Source of the DNA: an uncultured Syntrophobacterales bacterium
GTDB lineage: Bacteria > Desulfobacterota > Syntrophia > Syntrophales > UBA5619
Direction of reading: 5' to 3'
Assembly (NCBI GenBank): GCA_903928915.1
Contig: CAIYSL010000018.1
Span: 90,075 to 154,074 of the forward strand
DNA length: 64,000 nucleotides
In this document: one piece after another, positions 55,046-63,236 of the stretch
Position numbering within the stretch: position 1 is the stretch's first letter
Layout: every line of letters starts with the position of its first letter
Notes under the pieces: model-generated
What the model saw: only the letters and a program-made list of their open reading frames with translations
What the model was told of the DNA's origin: nothing
Database searches by the model: none
Program-made: the position numbers and the translations under genes

Positions 55046-55249
55046 TCATTTCTTCGGCAGCGGTCTTTCGGGCGGCGCCACCCAGAGCTGCTCCGGGCCG
55101 GTCCAGCGGAGACGCCCCGTGTATCTGTCGCTGATCCGTATCTGCGGGATGAACGCCGGCTCCGGGACGCCGGCCGTATCTCCCTCCTGTGCCCCGTCGC
55201 CCTGCCCTTCACCGGTGGTGAATCCCCACCAATAGTACATGTCCCTCAT
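55046..55249 (-). CDS. Hypothetical small protein (67 aa)
   Basis: Internal ATG 55249 with GGGGGAG 6 nt upstream. MRDMYYWWGFTTGEGQGDGAQEGD.... GC3-rich codons. No homology recognised. Confidence 0.3.
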   Translation of the reverse strand: MRDMYYWWGFTTGEGQGDGAQEGDTAGVPEPAFIPQIRISDRYTGRLRWTGPEQLWVAPPERPLPKK

Positions 55250-55481
55250 TGCCCACTCCCCCTGCCGTCTTCGGCTGGGTCTGCCGCAGCGGGGCGATTT
55301 CGTACCTCGGCGGCGACCGATGCCGTTTAAAACTATTGTCGGCACGTTGCGGGAAAAACTTGAAGCCGCTTCCGGGGAGCGACAGGGGGGCGACGAGTAA
55401 GCGGCAGGGCGCTGCGCCGAGGGAACCCGGCGGAACGGGGGCGCGGCCGGAGGCGAGCCGTCATGGGGTGGGTGCGGGATC

Positions 55482-58091
55482 TCAGGCGCCGATTCTGCCG
55501 CGGGTCTGGCGGCCGATGAGTTCGTAGATCGTCATTTCGCCGACGGTGCCGCCCGCGTCGTAGGTGCCCACGTCGTTGAGGGCAAGGATCGAATTCATCG
55601 CCGCCTGGCGGGCCTTTTCGCTCAGGAGGATCGCGTTCGGCCGGGATTTCGTCAGCTCCTGCAGGCGGAAGACCACGTTGACCGAATCGCCGATCACGGT
55701 GTAATCCATCTTCTTTTCGAACCCGATGTTGCCCACGACCGCCTCGCCGGTGTGGATGCTGATCCCCATCGCCAGCGGCCGGTCGAATTCCCCGGCGAAG
55801 TAGTCGTTGACCGCGGGAAGGGCGGCCTGCATCTCCAGGGCCGCGGTGATGGCGTTGTCCGCGTCGGTGGCGCTGGAGACGGGGGCGCCGAAGATGGCCA
55901 GGAATCCGTCGCCCAGGTACTTGTCGACGATCCCCTGGTGCTTGAACACGATTTCCCCCATCACCATGAAGAAATGGTTCAGCATCGCCACGGTACGCTG
56001 GGGACCGATCTTCTTGGACAGGGCGGAGAAGCCGCGGATGTCGATGTTCAGGAAGGTGAGGATCTTCAGCTCTTCCAGGAGGGGCTTTTCCGCCGCGGCG
56101 TTATGGACGATCTTGTCGATGATCTCGCGGGGGACGAACTTCTGGAACATGTTGCGGAGGCCCCGCTCGTGCTCGGCCATCGAGAGGGTCTCCTGGTAGA
56201 GCTGGGAATTCTCCAGGGCGATGCTGACCGAGGTGGCGATCGATTGGAGGAGGTGGAGGTCGTCGTCGTTGAAGTCGCCGGCGATCTTGTTGAGGACCTC
56301 GATGACGCCCAGGACCTTGCCCCGGGAGATGAGCGGGACGCACAGGGCGGAGCGGGTCTGAAAACCGGTCTGCCGGTCGAAGTCGGGAGCGAACTGCCGT
56401 GAATCGCGCGTGGTGCGCACGACGACCGGCTCGCCGCGGGCCGCCGAATAGCCGGACACCCCCTGGCCGAGTTTGATGCGCAGCGATTGCAGGGGGGAAA
56501 GGTCGGCGGCGGGATCGCTGTTGAAGGCAATCTTGAAGGCCAGTTCATCCTTCTCGAGCAGGAGGAGCGATCCCGCTTCGACGTTCATGATCGTCCGGAG
56601 CATGTCCATGGTGCTCTTGAGCACCTCGGCCCGTTCGAAGGTCGATGCGGCGAGGATGCTTCCGATCTGTTTTATCGACTCCATCTCGCGGTCCCGCTTG
56701 GTGACCGAAGCGAAGAGGCTGTTCTTTTCCATCGCCAGCGCCAGGGTGGGGGCGATCTCTTCCACCTTCTCGGTAAGCCCGGCGAGCCCCCCCGGCCGCT
56801 GGACTCCCACGAGGAGGATCCCCGAAACCGAGCCCCCCATCTTCAGCGGGACGAGTAGCGCCGATTGCAGCCCCGGCTCGATGAGCAGCGTGCGGTCGAG
56901 CGGGTGGTCCATCTCGCCGGGATGGGTGACCAGGAGGCTGCTCCCCTGCCTGACGACCCCCTCCAGGACCGATCCGGCGTACGCACAGGTGTCGTTGTGG
57001 CCGAGGCTGAGCGGGAGACCGGAGAGGACGTCGAGCACGACCAGCGAGTGGTCCGGCAGGTCCTTCTGCAGGCCCAGGATCACCGCGACATCGAAGGGGA
57101 CGTCGCCCCGCAGCTGCTGGAGGATGACGTGGAGCAGTTCCGTGTCCCGCAGGCTCGAACCGAGGGTCTTGCAGATGCCGGTGATCGTCTCCAACTGGCG
57201 GCGGTGCCCCCGGTTCTGCTGCGCCAGGGTCAGGTTGTCGTAGGTGAAGGCGGCGTTGCTCAGAAGCGGCGTCAGCACATCGACATCTTCCGGGGTAAAG
57301 GGCATGTCCGCCTCTTTGCGCGACAGGGTGAGGACCCCGAAGACGTCGACGCTCCCCTTGAGCGGCATGCAGAGGAACGCCTTGGTCGCGTAGTGGGAGC
57401 GGTTTCCCCGTCCGAACCGCTTGTCCCGCTCGATATCATCGATCAGGATGGGGGATTTGTTGATCACGGCAAATTTTGCGATGCTCGTCCCGAAATCGAC
57501 GCGGTCCCCCTTCTTGACGAGATCGCCGAGACCATAGGTGGCGTTGACGACGAAGGTGTTACGCTCCTGACCCTCGAGGAGCATGACGGAGCCCACGTCG
57601 GCGTTGATCAGCTTCAGGGCCCTCTCGAGGGTGATCGCGAAGAGGTCGTCGTTGTCGAAGGTGACGTAGCAGAGGTCGGAAAGCTCCTTCAACGTTGTCA
57701 GCTGCAGGGAGTGCCTCTCCCGGGTGGTGATGTTCGTCTTGAGCTCTTCCTTGAGGGCGTTGAACGCCTGGACGATCCCCTGCAGCTCGTCGGAGCCCAC
57801 GGAGTGGCTGATCCCCGCGAACTCCCGGTTCAGCGAATCGGAGGCCATCGTCGCGATGGCGCGGATGCTGTCGAAGGTTTTCCGGATCAGCATGTAACCC
57901 GCGAGCGAGCAGGCCAGCAGCGCGAGGATGTACAGGGGAAGGTATTCGTCGTCCAGGATGTCGTACTGCAGGCCGAAGTAGAGCAGCCCGAGCAGCGGCG
58001 CGAAGAAGAACAGGGAAAAGATGATGGAAAGACGGTAGTAGAGCCCCTTGCTGTCCAGGGAGAGCTCCTGCATCGTTTTCCTGAGGTCCAT
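55482..58091 (-). CDS. Membrane-anchored HAMP-like linker, three GAF-like regions and a class III adenylate/guanylate cyclase
   Basis: Two N-terminal TM segments and three GAF-like regions. C-terminal cyclase motifs FLNIDIRGFS, KYLGDGFLAIFGAP, GIHTGEAVVGNIG, DYTVIGDSVNVVFRLQ. Confidence 0.85.
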   Translation of the reverse strand: MDLRKTMQELSLDSKGLYYRLSIIFSLFFFAPLLGLLYFGLQYDILDDEYLPLYILALLACSLAGYMLIRKTFDSIRAIATMASDSLNREFAGISHSVGSDELQGIVQAFNALKEELKTNITTRERHSLQLTTLKELSDLCYVTFDNDDLFAITLERALKLINADVGSVMLLEGQERNTFVVNATYGLGDLVKKGDRVDFGTSIAKFAVINKSPILIDDIERDKRFGRGNRSHYATKAFLCMPLKGSVDVFGVLTLSRKEADMPFTPEDVDVLTPLLSNAAFTYDNLTLAQQNRGHRRQLETITGICKTLGSSLRDTELLHVILQQLRGDVPFDVAVILGLQKDLPDHSLVVLDVLSGLPLSLGHNDTCAYAGSVLEGVVRQGSSLLVTHPGEMDHPLDRTLLIEPGLQSALLVPLKMGGSVSGILLVGVQRPGGLAGLTEKVEEIAPTLALAMEKNSLFASVTKRDREMESIKQIGSILAASTFERAEVLKSTMDMLRTIMNVEAGSLLLLEKDELAFKIAFNSDPAADLSPLQSLRIKLGQGVSGYSAARGEPVVVRTTRDSRQFAPDFDRQTGFQTRSALCVPLISRGKVLGVIEVLNKIAGDFNDDDLHLLQSIATSVSIALENSQLYQETLSMAEHERGLRNMFQKFVPREIIDKIVHNAAAEKPLLEELKILTFLNIDIRGFSALSKKIGPQRTVAMLNHFFMVMGEIVFKHQGIVDKYLGDGFLAIFGAPVSSATDADNAITAALEMQAALPAVNDYFAGEFDRPLAMGISIHTGEAVVGNIGFEKKMDYTVIGDSVNVVFRLQELTKSRPNAILLSEKARQAAMNSILALNDVGTYDAGGTVGEMTIYELIGRQTRGRIGA

Positions 58092-58252
58092 CTACCCCTC
58101 CTCCCGGCCCGTTCCGCAGACCGGTGGCGCGATGATAGCAGATCACCCGGCAGAAGGACAGAAAATTCAGAAGCGGGGCGCGGGTCCGCGCGCGCCCCTG
58201 CGCGATCGCGCTTCGGGACGCCGCCGGGCGACGGGACACCCGGTAAAATCTC

Positions 58253-58281
58253 CTTGACATGCCCGGCCGCTTTTCCTACGC
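58253..58281 (+). promoter_or_regulatory. Sigma70-type promoter candidate
   Basis: AAAATCTCC-TTGACA (58253-58258), 17-nt spacer, TACGCT (58276-58281). Confidence 0.45.
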
Positions 58282-58329
58282 TCCTGTCGCACTGATCACG
58301 CTGCTCACCACCGGGACGAGGGGAAGAAG

Positions 58330-58599
58330 ATGGAACAACTCACAGCGGAAGAACGGGGAATGCTCCGGAAGATCATGGACAACCGGTACACCGGGGGCGG
58401 TTACCGGCGGGCTACCTGGATCGACATGATCTGCCGCACCGCGGCGGACAAGACGGTGCTGGCCGCACTCTGTAATAAGGGCCTGGTCGAAACGGGATTG
58501 GGCGGGACCGTGGCGGGCGACCCCTACGATGCATGCTGGCTGACGCCGAAAGGACAAACGGCATACGACGGCCCCTCCGCGCCGAACGATCGGCTGTGA
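58330..58599 (+). CDS. Hypothetical small protein (89 aa)
   Basis: GAGGGGAAG upstream. Coding-like codon usage. MEQLTAEERGMLRKIMDNRYTGGGYRRATW.... No family recognised. Confidence 0.45.
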   Translation: MEQLTAEERGMLRKIMDNRYTGGGYRRATWIDMICRTAADKTVLAALCNKGLVETGLGGTVAGDPYDACWLTPKGQTAYDGPSAPNDRL

Positions 58600-58653
58600 T
58601 CCGCAGGGGGCCGCAGCGGCCGCGGATGGAACCAAGCTCACGAGGGAGGAACG

Positions 58654-59499
58654 ATGAAGATCACTGACCGGGTTCATGCCATTCGCCACACCTTCCGGCT
58701 GTCGTTGGGAGAGGGGAAGTTCGCCGAGCGGTTCGTCTACTCCTACCTGATCGTCGGCAAGACGATCTGCCTGGTCGACACGGGCGTCGCCGCCACGGCG
58801 CCCCTGATCCTCGACGCGATCAGGGAGATGGGGCGGTCGCCGCAGGAGGTCTCCCTGATCCTGCTGACCCATGCCCATCCCGACCATATCGGGGGATGCG
58901 CCCCGATCAAGAAGCTCGCCCCTGCCCCGATCGCCGTCCACGCGGCGGAAAAGCGCTGGGTGGAGGATGTGGAACTCCAGTACCGGGAACGCCCGGTCCC
59001 CAATCTGTTCGAGCTGGTGCCGGTGGGGGCGCCGGTGGACCGCCTGCTGACCGACGGGGAAACCATCTCCTGGGAGGAGGGAGCGACGATCCGGGTCATC
59101 GCGACGCCGGGGCATTCCCCCGGTTCCGTGTCATTCCTGTTCGCGGAGGAAGGGGCACTTTTCTCGGGTGATTCCCTCCCTGCCGCGGGCCACATCCCGA
59201 TCTATGCCGATCCCGTGGCGCTGCGGGCTTCCGTCGAAACGCTGAAGCGGCTTGCGGGTGTCAAGGTCCTCTTTTCGTCCTGGCATGAGCCGATCGTCGG
59301 GGAGCGGATCGCGGCGACGATGGAGGAAGCAGGCCGGTACATCGGACAGGTTGACGCCCTCGTCCGGGAGATCGACGCGCAGGAGCCGAACCTCTCCGGA
59401 GAAGAGCTCAGCCGGCGGGCCCTGGAGCGGCTGGGGATCGGCATGCACCGGATACTCCCGATGGTGGAGGCGTCATTCAAGAGTCACCTGCGTCGCTGA
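58654..59499 (+). CDS. MBL-fold metallo-hydrolase
   Basis: LILLTHAHPDHIGG (HxHxDH), TPGHSPGS. Confidence 0.85.
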   Translation: MKITDRVHAIRHTFRLSLGEGKFAERFVYSYLIVGKTICLVDTGVAATAPLILDAIREMGRSPQEVSLILLTHAHPDHIGGCAPIKKLAPAPIAVHAAEKRWVEDVELQYRERPVPNLFELVPVGAPVDRLLTDGETISWEEGATIRVIATPGHSPGSVSFLFAEEGALFSGDSLPAAGHIPIYADPVALRASVETLKRLAGVKVLFSSWHEPIVGERIAATMEEAGRYIGQVDALVREIDAQEPNLSGEELSRRALERLGIGMHRILPMVEASFKSHLRR

Positions 59500-59586
59500 C
59501 CGGCGCACCGGGCGATCCCGGGCTCAAGCGTTGGGCCGGCGTGCGGATCGGGGTTCATTAAACCAGAGCGGAGAAGGGATACGGGG

Positions 59587-60504
59587 ATGTCTGCACAGGA
59601 GAACGGGACTGCGGCACACGGTCCGGTCGGCGTGATCGGGCTGGGAAACATGGGGGCGGCGATGGCCGCGAACCTGGTCAAAGCGGGGTTTGCGGTGTAC
59701 GGTACGGATCTCCTCTTCGAGTACCGCGACGCGCTCGCCCGGGCAGGCGGGACTGCCGTCGAAGACGCGGCCGCCGTGGGGAGGCGCTGCCGCGCCATCA
59801 TCCTGTCGCTCCCCTCCGAGGCGGCGCTTCTGGCGGTCGCCGCCGATCTCGCCGCAAGCGCGGCGCCGGGGACCATCGTGATCGAGACGGGGACGCTCCC
59901 GGTGGCGGGCAAGCTGAAGGCGCGCGACGTCCTCGCGGAGAAGGGGATCACGCTCCTCGACTGCCCCCTGTCGGGGACCGGTTCGCAGGCGAAGGAGCGG
60001 GACCTGGCGGTGTACGCGAGCGGCGATCCGCAGGCGATCCGGGAGGTCGGTCCGGTCATCGCGGGCTTCTCCCGGGTCTGCTACGACCTGGGGGAGTTCG
60101 GCAACGGGATGAAGATGAAATTCGTCGCCAACCTCCTGGTTGCGGTCCACAACGTGGCCGCGGCCGAGGGGGTCCTGCTCGGGGTGCGCTCCGGACTGGA
60201 CCCCGCGACGGTGGTCAAGGTGATCGGCGACAGCGCGGGCAGCTCGCGTATGTTCCAGGTCCGCGCCCCGTCGATGGTGAACCGGACCTGGGATCAGCCG
60301 ATGATCAAGAACACGGTCTGGCAGAAGGACCTGCGGCTGATCGGCGAGGCGCTCTTGGCCAGCGGCAGCCCGGCGCCGCTCTTCGCCGCCACGATCCCGC
60401 TGTACACCGCTGCCCTGGCCACGGGCCATGCAGACCACGACACCGCCGCGGTGTACGAGGTGCTGGAGCGGATGGCGGGGATGTTCCCCCCGGCGGAGGG
60501 GTAA
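59587..60504 (+). CDS. NAD(P)-dependent beta-hydroxyacid dehydrogenase (3-hydroxyisobutyrate dehydrogenase family), paralog of 26044..26949
   Basis: VGVIGLGNMGAAMAANL, LDCPLSGTG, LGEFGNGMKMKFVANLLVAVHNVAAAE. Confidence 0.85.
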   Translation: MSAQENGTAAHGPVGVIGLGNMGAAMAANLVKAGFAVYGTDLLFEYRDALARAGGTAVEDAAAVGRRCRAIILSLPSEAALLAVAADLAASAAPGTIVIETGTLPVAGKLKARDVLAEKGITLLDCPLSGTGSQAKERDLAVYASGDPQAIREVGPVIAGFSRVCYDLGEFGNGMKMKFVANLLVAVHNVAAAEGVLLGVRSGLDPATVVKVIGDSAGSSRMFQVRAPSMVNRTWDQPMIKNTVWQKDLRLIGEALLASGSPAPLFAATIPLYTAALATGHADHDTAAVYEVLERMAGMFPPAEG

Positions 60505-60514
60505 ACGGGTCCGA

Positions 60515-60904
60515 TCAGTCCACCGTTCGCACGACAAGCCAGGCGACGAGCGCCGCACTCAGAATCCAGAGGGCGACGATGATCGCGGCGGCGACCTTCG
60601 CCAGCCGCGTGGATTTTCCGACGATCCCCTCCGATTGAGCACGGCACTCCGCGAGAACGTCCGCGGGGATCATGCGGATGACGAGCATGATCCCCAGCGG
60701 CACGACCACCAGCTCATCCAGGTACCCAATCAGGGGGATGAAATCGGGGATCGGGTCGATCGGAGAGAGTACGTACCCCACGATCAGCATGGCCAGCCCC
60801 TTCGCATACCAGGGGACGCGGGGGTGGCGGCAGGCCAGGTAGAGCGCGAGGGTCTCCCGCTTCAAGCCCCGCACGCGCTCTTTCCAGCCACCGAACGCCG
60901 CCAT
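60515..60904 (-). CDS. DUF1232 (YkvA-like) membrane protein
   Basis: LSPIDPIPDFIPLIGYLDE motif plus a C-terminal TM segment. Confidence 0.7.
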   Translation of the reverse strand: MAAFGGWKERVRGLKRETLALYLACRHPRVPWYAKGLAMLIVGYVLSPIDPIPDFIPLIGYLDELVVVPLGIMLVIRMIPADVLAECRAQSEGIVGKSTRLAKVAAAIIVALWILSAALVAWLVVRTVD

Positions 60905-60938
60905 GCCCGTTTCTCCCGCCCCGCTGTTCCGCCTCCGC

Positions 60939-62612
60939 TCAGCGGGCGGCCGCTCGATCCGCCAGGGCTTTCTTCAGGAGCGCGATCCCCTTCTGCGTCT
61001 CGTCGATCGATTTGGTCAGCGACTCCCGGGCCAGTTCGGGGTTGTGGAACCCGTCGGAGTTCTCGGCGGTCCAGAACTCCCAGAGGATGTGACCCTTCAG
61101 GTGCTGCTCCTGCGCCTCCCGGATGGTTGCCGGGCTGACACCCGCCTTCTGCGCCGCGCCGATGGCGTCGATCAGCTCGGCGAGCCAGAACTCCGCCTTC
61201 CGCATCCTGCCGCGGGTGTACGCCTTGACCGAATCGATCGAATACCGCGCCTGCTCCTCGGTCCACTTCTTGTGGCAGGCGAGGCAGGTCTCCTTCAGCA
61301 TCACCCGGGGGGTGACGGCAAAGTGCGAGGTGAACCGTTTTCCGCTGCTGCTTTTCACCTTCGGAAGGTGGCACCCGTCGCAGCCGACCCCCGCCTTGGC
61401 ATGTTTCGATTCGTAGTAGGTCTCCGCCTCGGGATGCTGTGCCTTCCACAGAAGGCCGCCGGTGAGGCCGTGTTTGAAGTCGAGGAAGCTGACCTTGTTC
61501 ACGTAGTGGTCGTACAGCTGCAGCACGTCCTTGAACGGGAAGTGGTTGGTCCGGCGGTCGTCCATCGTGACCGACACCCTGGACAGGTCGGCGCTCCTGG
61601 GGTCGTAGCCCGGGTTGCAGTTGTACTCCACGTGGCACTGGCCGCACTGGAGCTTCGTGTCGTATTTCTCGAGGATGGCGATCTTCCGGACAAATCCCCG
61701 CTGTCCCATCTCGATCACCTTGAAGTTCGTCCGCTTCGGGTCCTTGTGCCAGAGGGTGTCGCCGTCCGGCCGGGTGAGCGCGTCGATCAGCCCGTCGCGG
61801 ACGATGCGCGGCTTTGCGGAGTGGGGGTCGTGACAGTAAAAGCAGTTGAGGCCGTACTGGGTGGAGCGGGCGAGCTCGACCACGTTCGACTTCCGGGACC
61901 AGTCGGCCCCGGGGACCGGGTCCCCCATGTAGGCCCAGCCGAGGATGTGGTCCTGGGTCTTGCACTGGAGGCAGACGGGGTTGGCGGCGGCGGCGCTCTG
62001 GCGGACGAAGGGCTTGTGCTCCTTCGTCGCGGGATAGCGGTCCTCCAGGACGTCCCAGGCCTTTCCCCGCTCCAGGATGTAGTTCCAGCCCCGCTTGCCC
62101 TGGAACCTCCCGCCGTAGGCCCGATCGACCACGAGATGGTCGATCAGCATCCAGTTATGGCTCCGGGTCAGCCCGTGCTCCTTGGTGAACCCGTGCCCCA
62201 TCATCAGCTTGTCCCAGAAGGGGTTCGGCGCCCGGCTGGTCAGCTGGGACTTCTCGTCGCGGGCGGGCCGGTGGTAGGCCTCCTTCATGAAGCTCGCGTA
62301 CTGCTCCTTGTGGCACTTGCCGCAGGCCTCCCAGGAGACGTCGGTCGCGGGCCTGGTCTCCGGTCCCGGTCCGGCCATGTGCTTCGCCAGACCGCTGTGG
62401 CAGTTGGCGCAGCCCACCGTGGCGTGCCTGCCCTTTTCGTGCAATCCCTGGACCACGTCGTGGCACTGGTAGCACTCTGCGGCCGCGACCTGCTTTTCCT
62501 GTTTCTGTTTCGGTGTGACCTGCTTTTCGTAGCGCCCCTGCGCACCCCACGCCAGCGTACCGCAGGCAAAACAGACGAGGACACCCACGACCAAGGCATT
62601 TCGCTTCCCCAT
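60939..62612 (-). CDS. Octaheme cytochrome c with a CxxCK fourth heme motif (octaheme nitrite reductase / NrfA-related)
   Basis: Signal peptide. Heme motifs in order: CYQCH, CANCH, CGKCH, CLQCK, CFYCH, CGQCH, CDGCH, CLACH. Confidence 0.8.
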   Translation of the reverse strand: MGKRNALVVGVLVCFACGTLAWGAQGRYEKQVTPKQKQEKQVAAAECYQCHDVVQGLHEKGRHATVGCANCHSGLAKHMAGPGPETRPATDVSWEACGKCHKEQYASFMKEAYHRPARDEKSQLTSRAPNPFWDKLMMGHGFTKEHGLTRSHNWMLIDHLVVDRAYGGRFQGKRGWNYILERGKAWDVLEDRYPATKEHKPFVRQSAAAANPVCLQCKTQDHILGWAYMGDPVPGADWSRKSNVVELARSTQYGLNCFYCHDPHSAKPRIVRDGLIDALTRPDGDTLWHKDPKRTNFKVIEMGQRGFVRKIAILEKYDTKLQCGQCHVEYNCNPGYDPRSADLSRVSVTMDDRRTNHFPFKDVLQLYDHYVNKVSFLDFKHGLTGGLLWKAQHPEAETYYESKHAKAGVGCDGCHLPKVKSSSGKRFTSHFAVTPRVMLKETCLACHKKWTEEQARYSIDSVKAYTRGRMRKAEFWLAELIDAIGAAQKAGVSPATIREAQEQHLKGHILWEFWTAENSDGFHNPELARESLTKSIDETQKGIALLKKALADRAAAR

Positions 62613-62750
62613 ACCTCATCCCTCCTCCTGGTTAAGGTTCGATCGGCAGCGGTTCTTTTCGGCGGCAGGAGTTGCCCGCAGGTCCGATTTTAATAGCGTA
62701 ATGGCTGGCCGTGCGTGAGTCAAGGGCATTTGCACGTCTGCAAGTTTCGG

Positions 62751-62780
62751 TTGACACCCTTTTGGCGTTCTGCGTATACT
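62751..62780 (+). promoter_or_regulatory. Sigma70-type promoter candidate for the cupin gene
   Basis: TTGACA (62751-62756), 18-nt spacer, TATACT (62775-62780). Confidence 0.5.
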
Positions 62781-62830
62781 TTTTTCGCTCACTACATCAC
62801 TATCGCAACCCAATCACCGGAGGAGGACCC

Positions 62831-63199
62831 ATGGGCGCATTTTTCAAATGGACGGATCTCGAAGCGGACCTCATCACCCCGAAGTATTCCACAGCCTTTG
62901 GCCCCAATCTGAAGGTCGAAACCATGGAGGTGGGGTTGTTCACCTATCCTGCCAACACCCAGGCCAAGGAGCACGCCCATCCCAACGAGCAGGTCATGGT
63001 GGTCCTCAAGGGCCGGGGAAAATGGAAGATCGGCGACGAGGAAAAGATCCTCGGGCCGGGTGAGCTCGTGTACATGAAGCCCGGTGTGCCCCACAGTCTC
63101 CAGGCGTTGGACGAAGAGCTGCAGATCATCAACTGCAAGTCCGTCGTGCCCGGCTGGAGCGTCAAGTTCGCCTGCTGGGAAAAGGATCTGCAGAAGTAA
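62831..63199 (+). CDS. Cupin domain protein
   Basis: ATG 62831 after AGGAGG. EHAHPNEQVMVVLKGRG...GELVYMKPGVPHSL. Confidence 0.75.
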   Translation: MGAFFKWTDLEADLITPKYSTAFGPNLKVETMEVGLFTYPANTQAKEHAHPNEQVMVVLKGRGKWKIGDEEKILGPGELVYMKPGVPHSLQALDEELQIINCKSVVPGWSVKFACWEKDLQK

Positions 63200-63236
63200 C
63201 CGCGCGCGCCAGCACGATCATCTCGGGGAGGTTTGT

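Noticed and set aside
55461-55480. G-rich run ggggtgggtgcggg as a second copy of the 16103-16122 G-quadruplex element
   Set aside because: It has only three G-tracts and no complementary C-arm. It is probably coincidental in GC-rich DNA.
60903-62693. 596-aa plus-strand ORF
   Set aside because: It is antisense to the octaheme cytochrome gene, whose eight heme motifs make that frame unambiguous.
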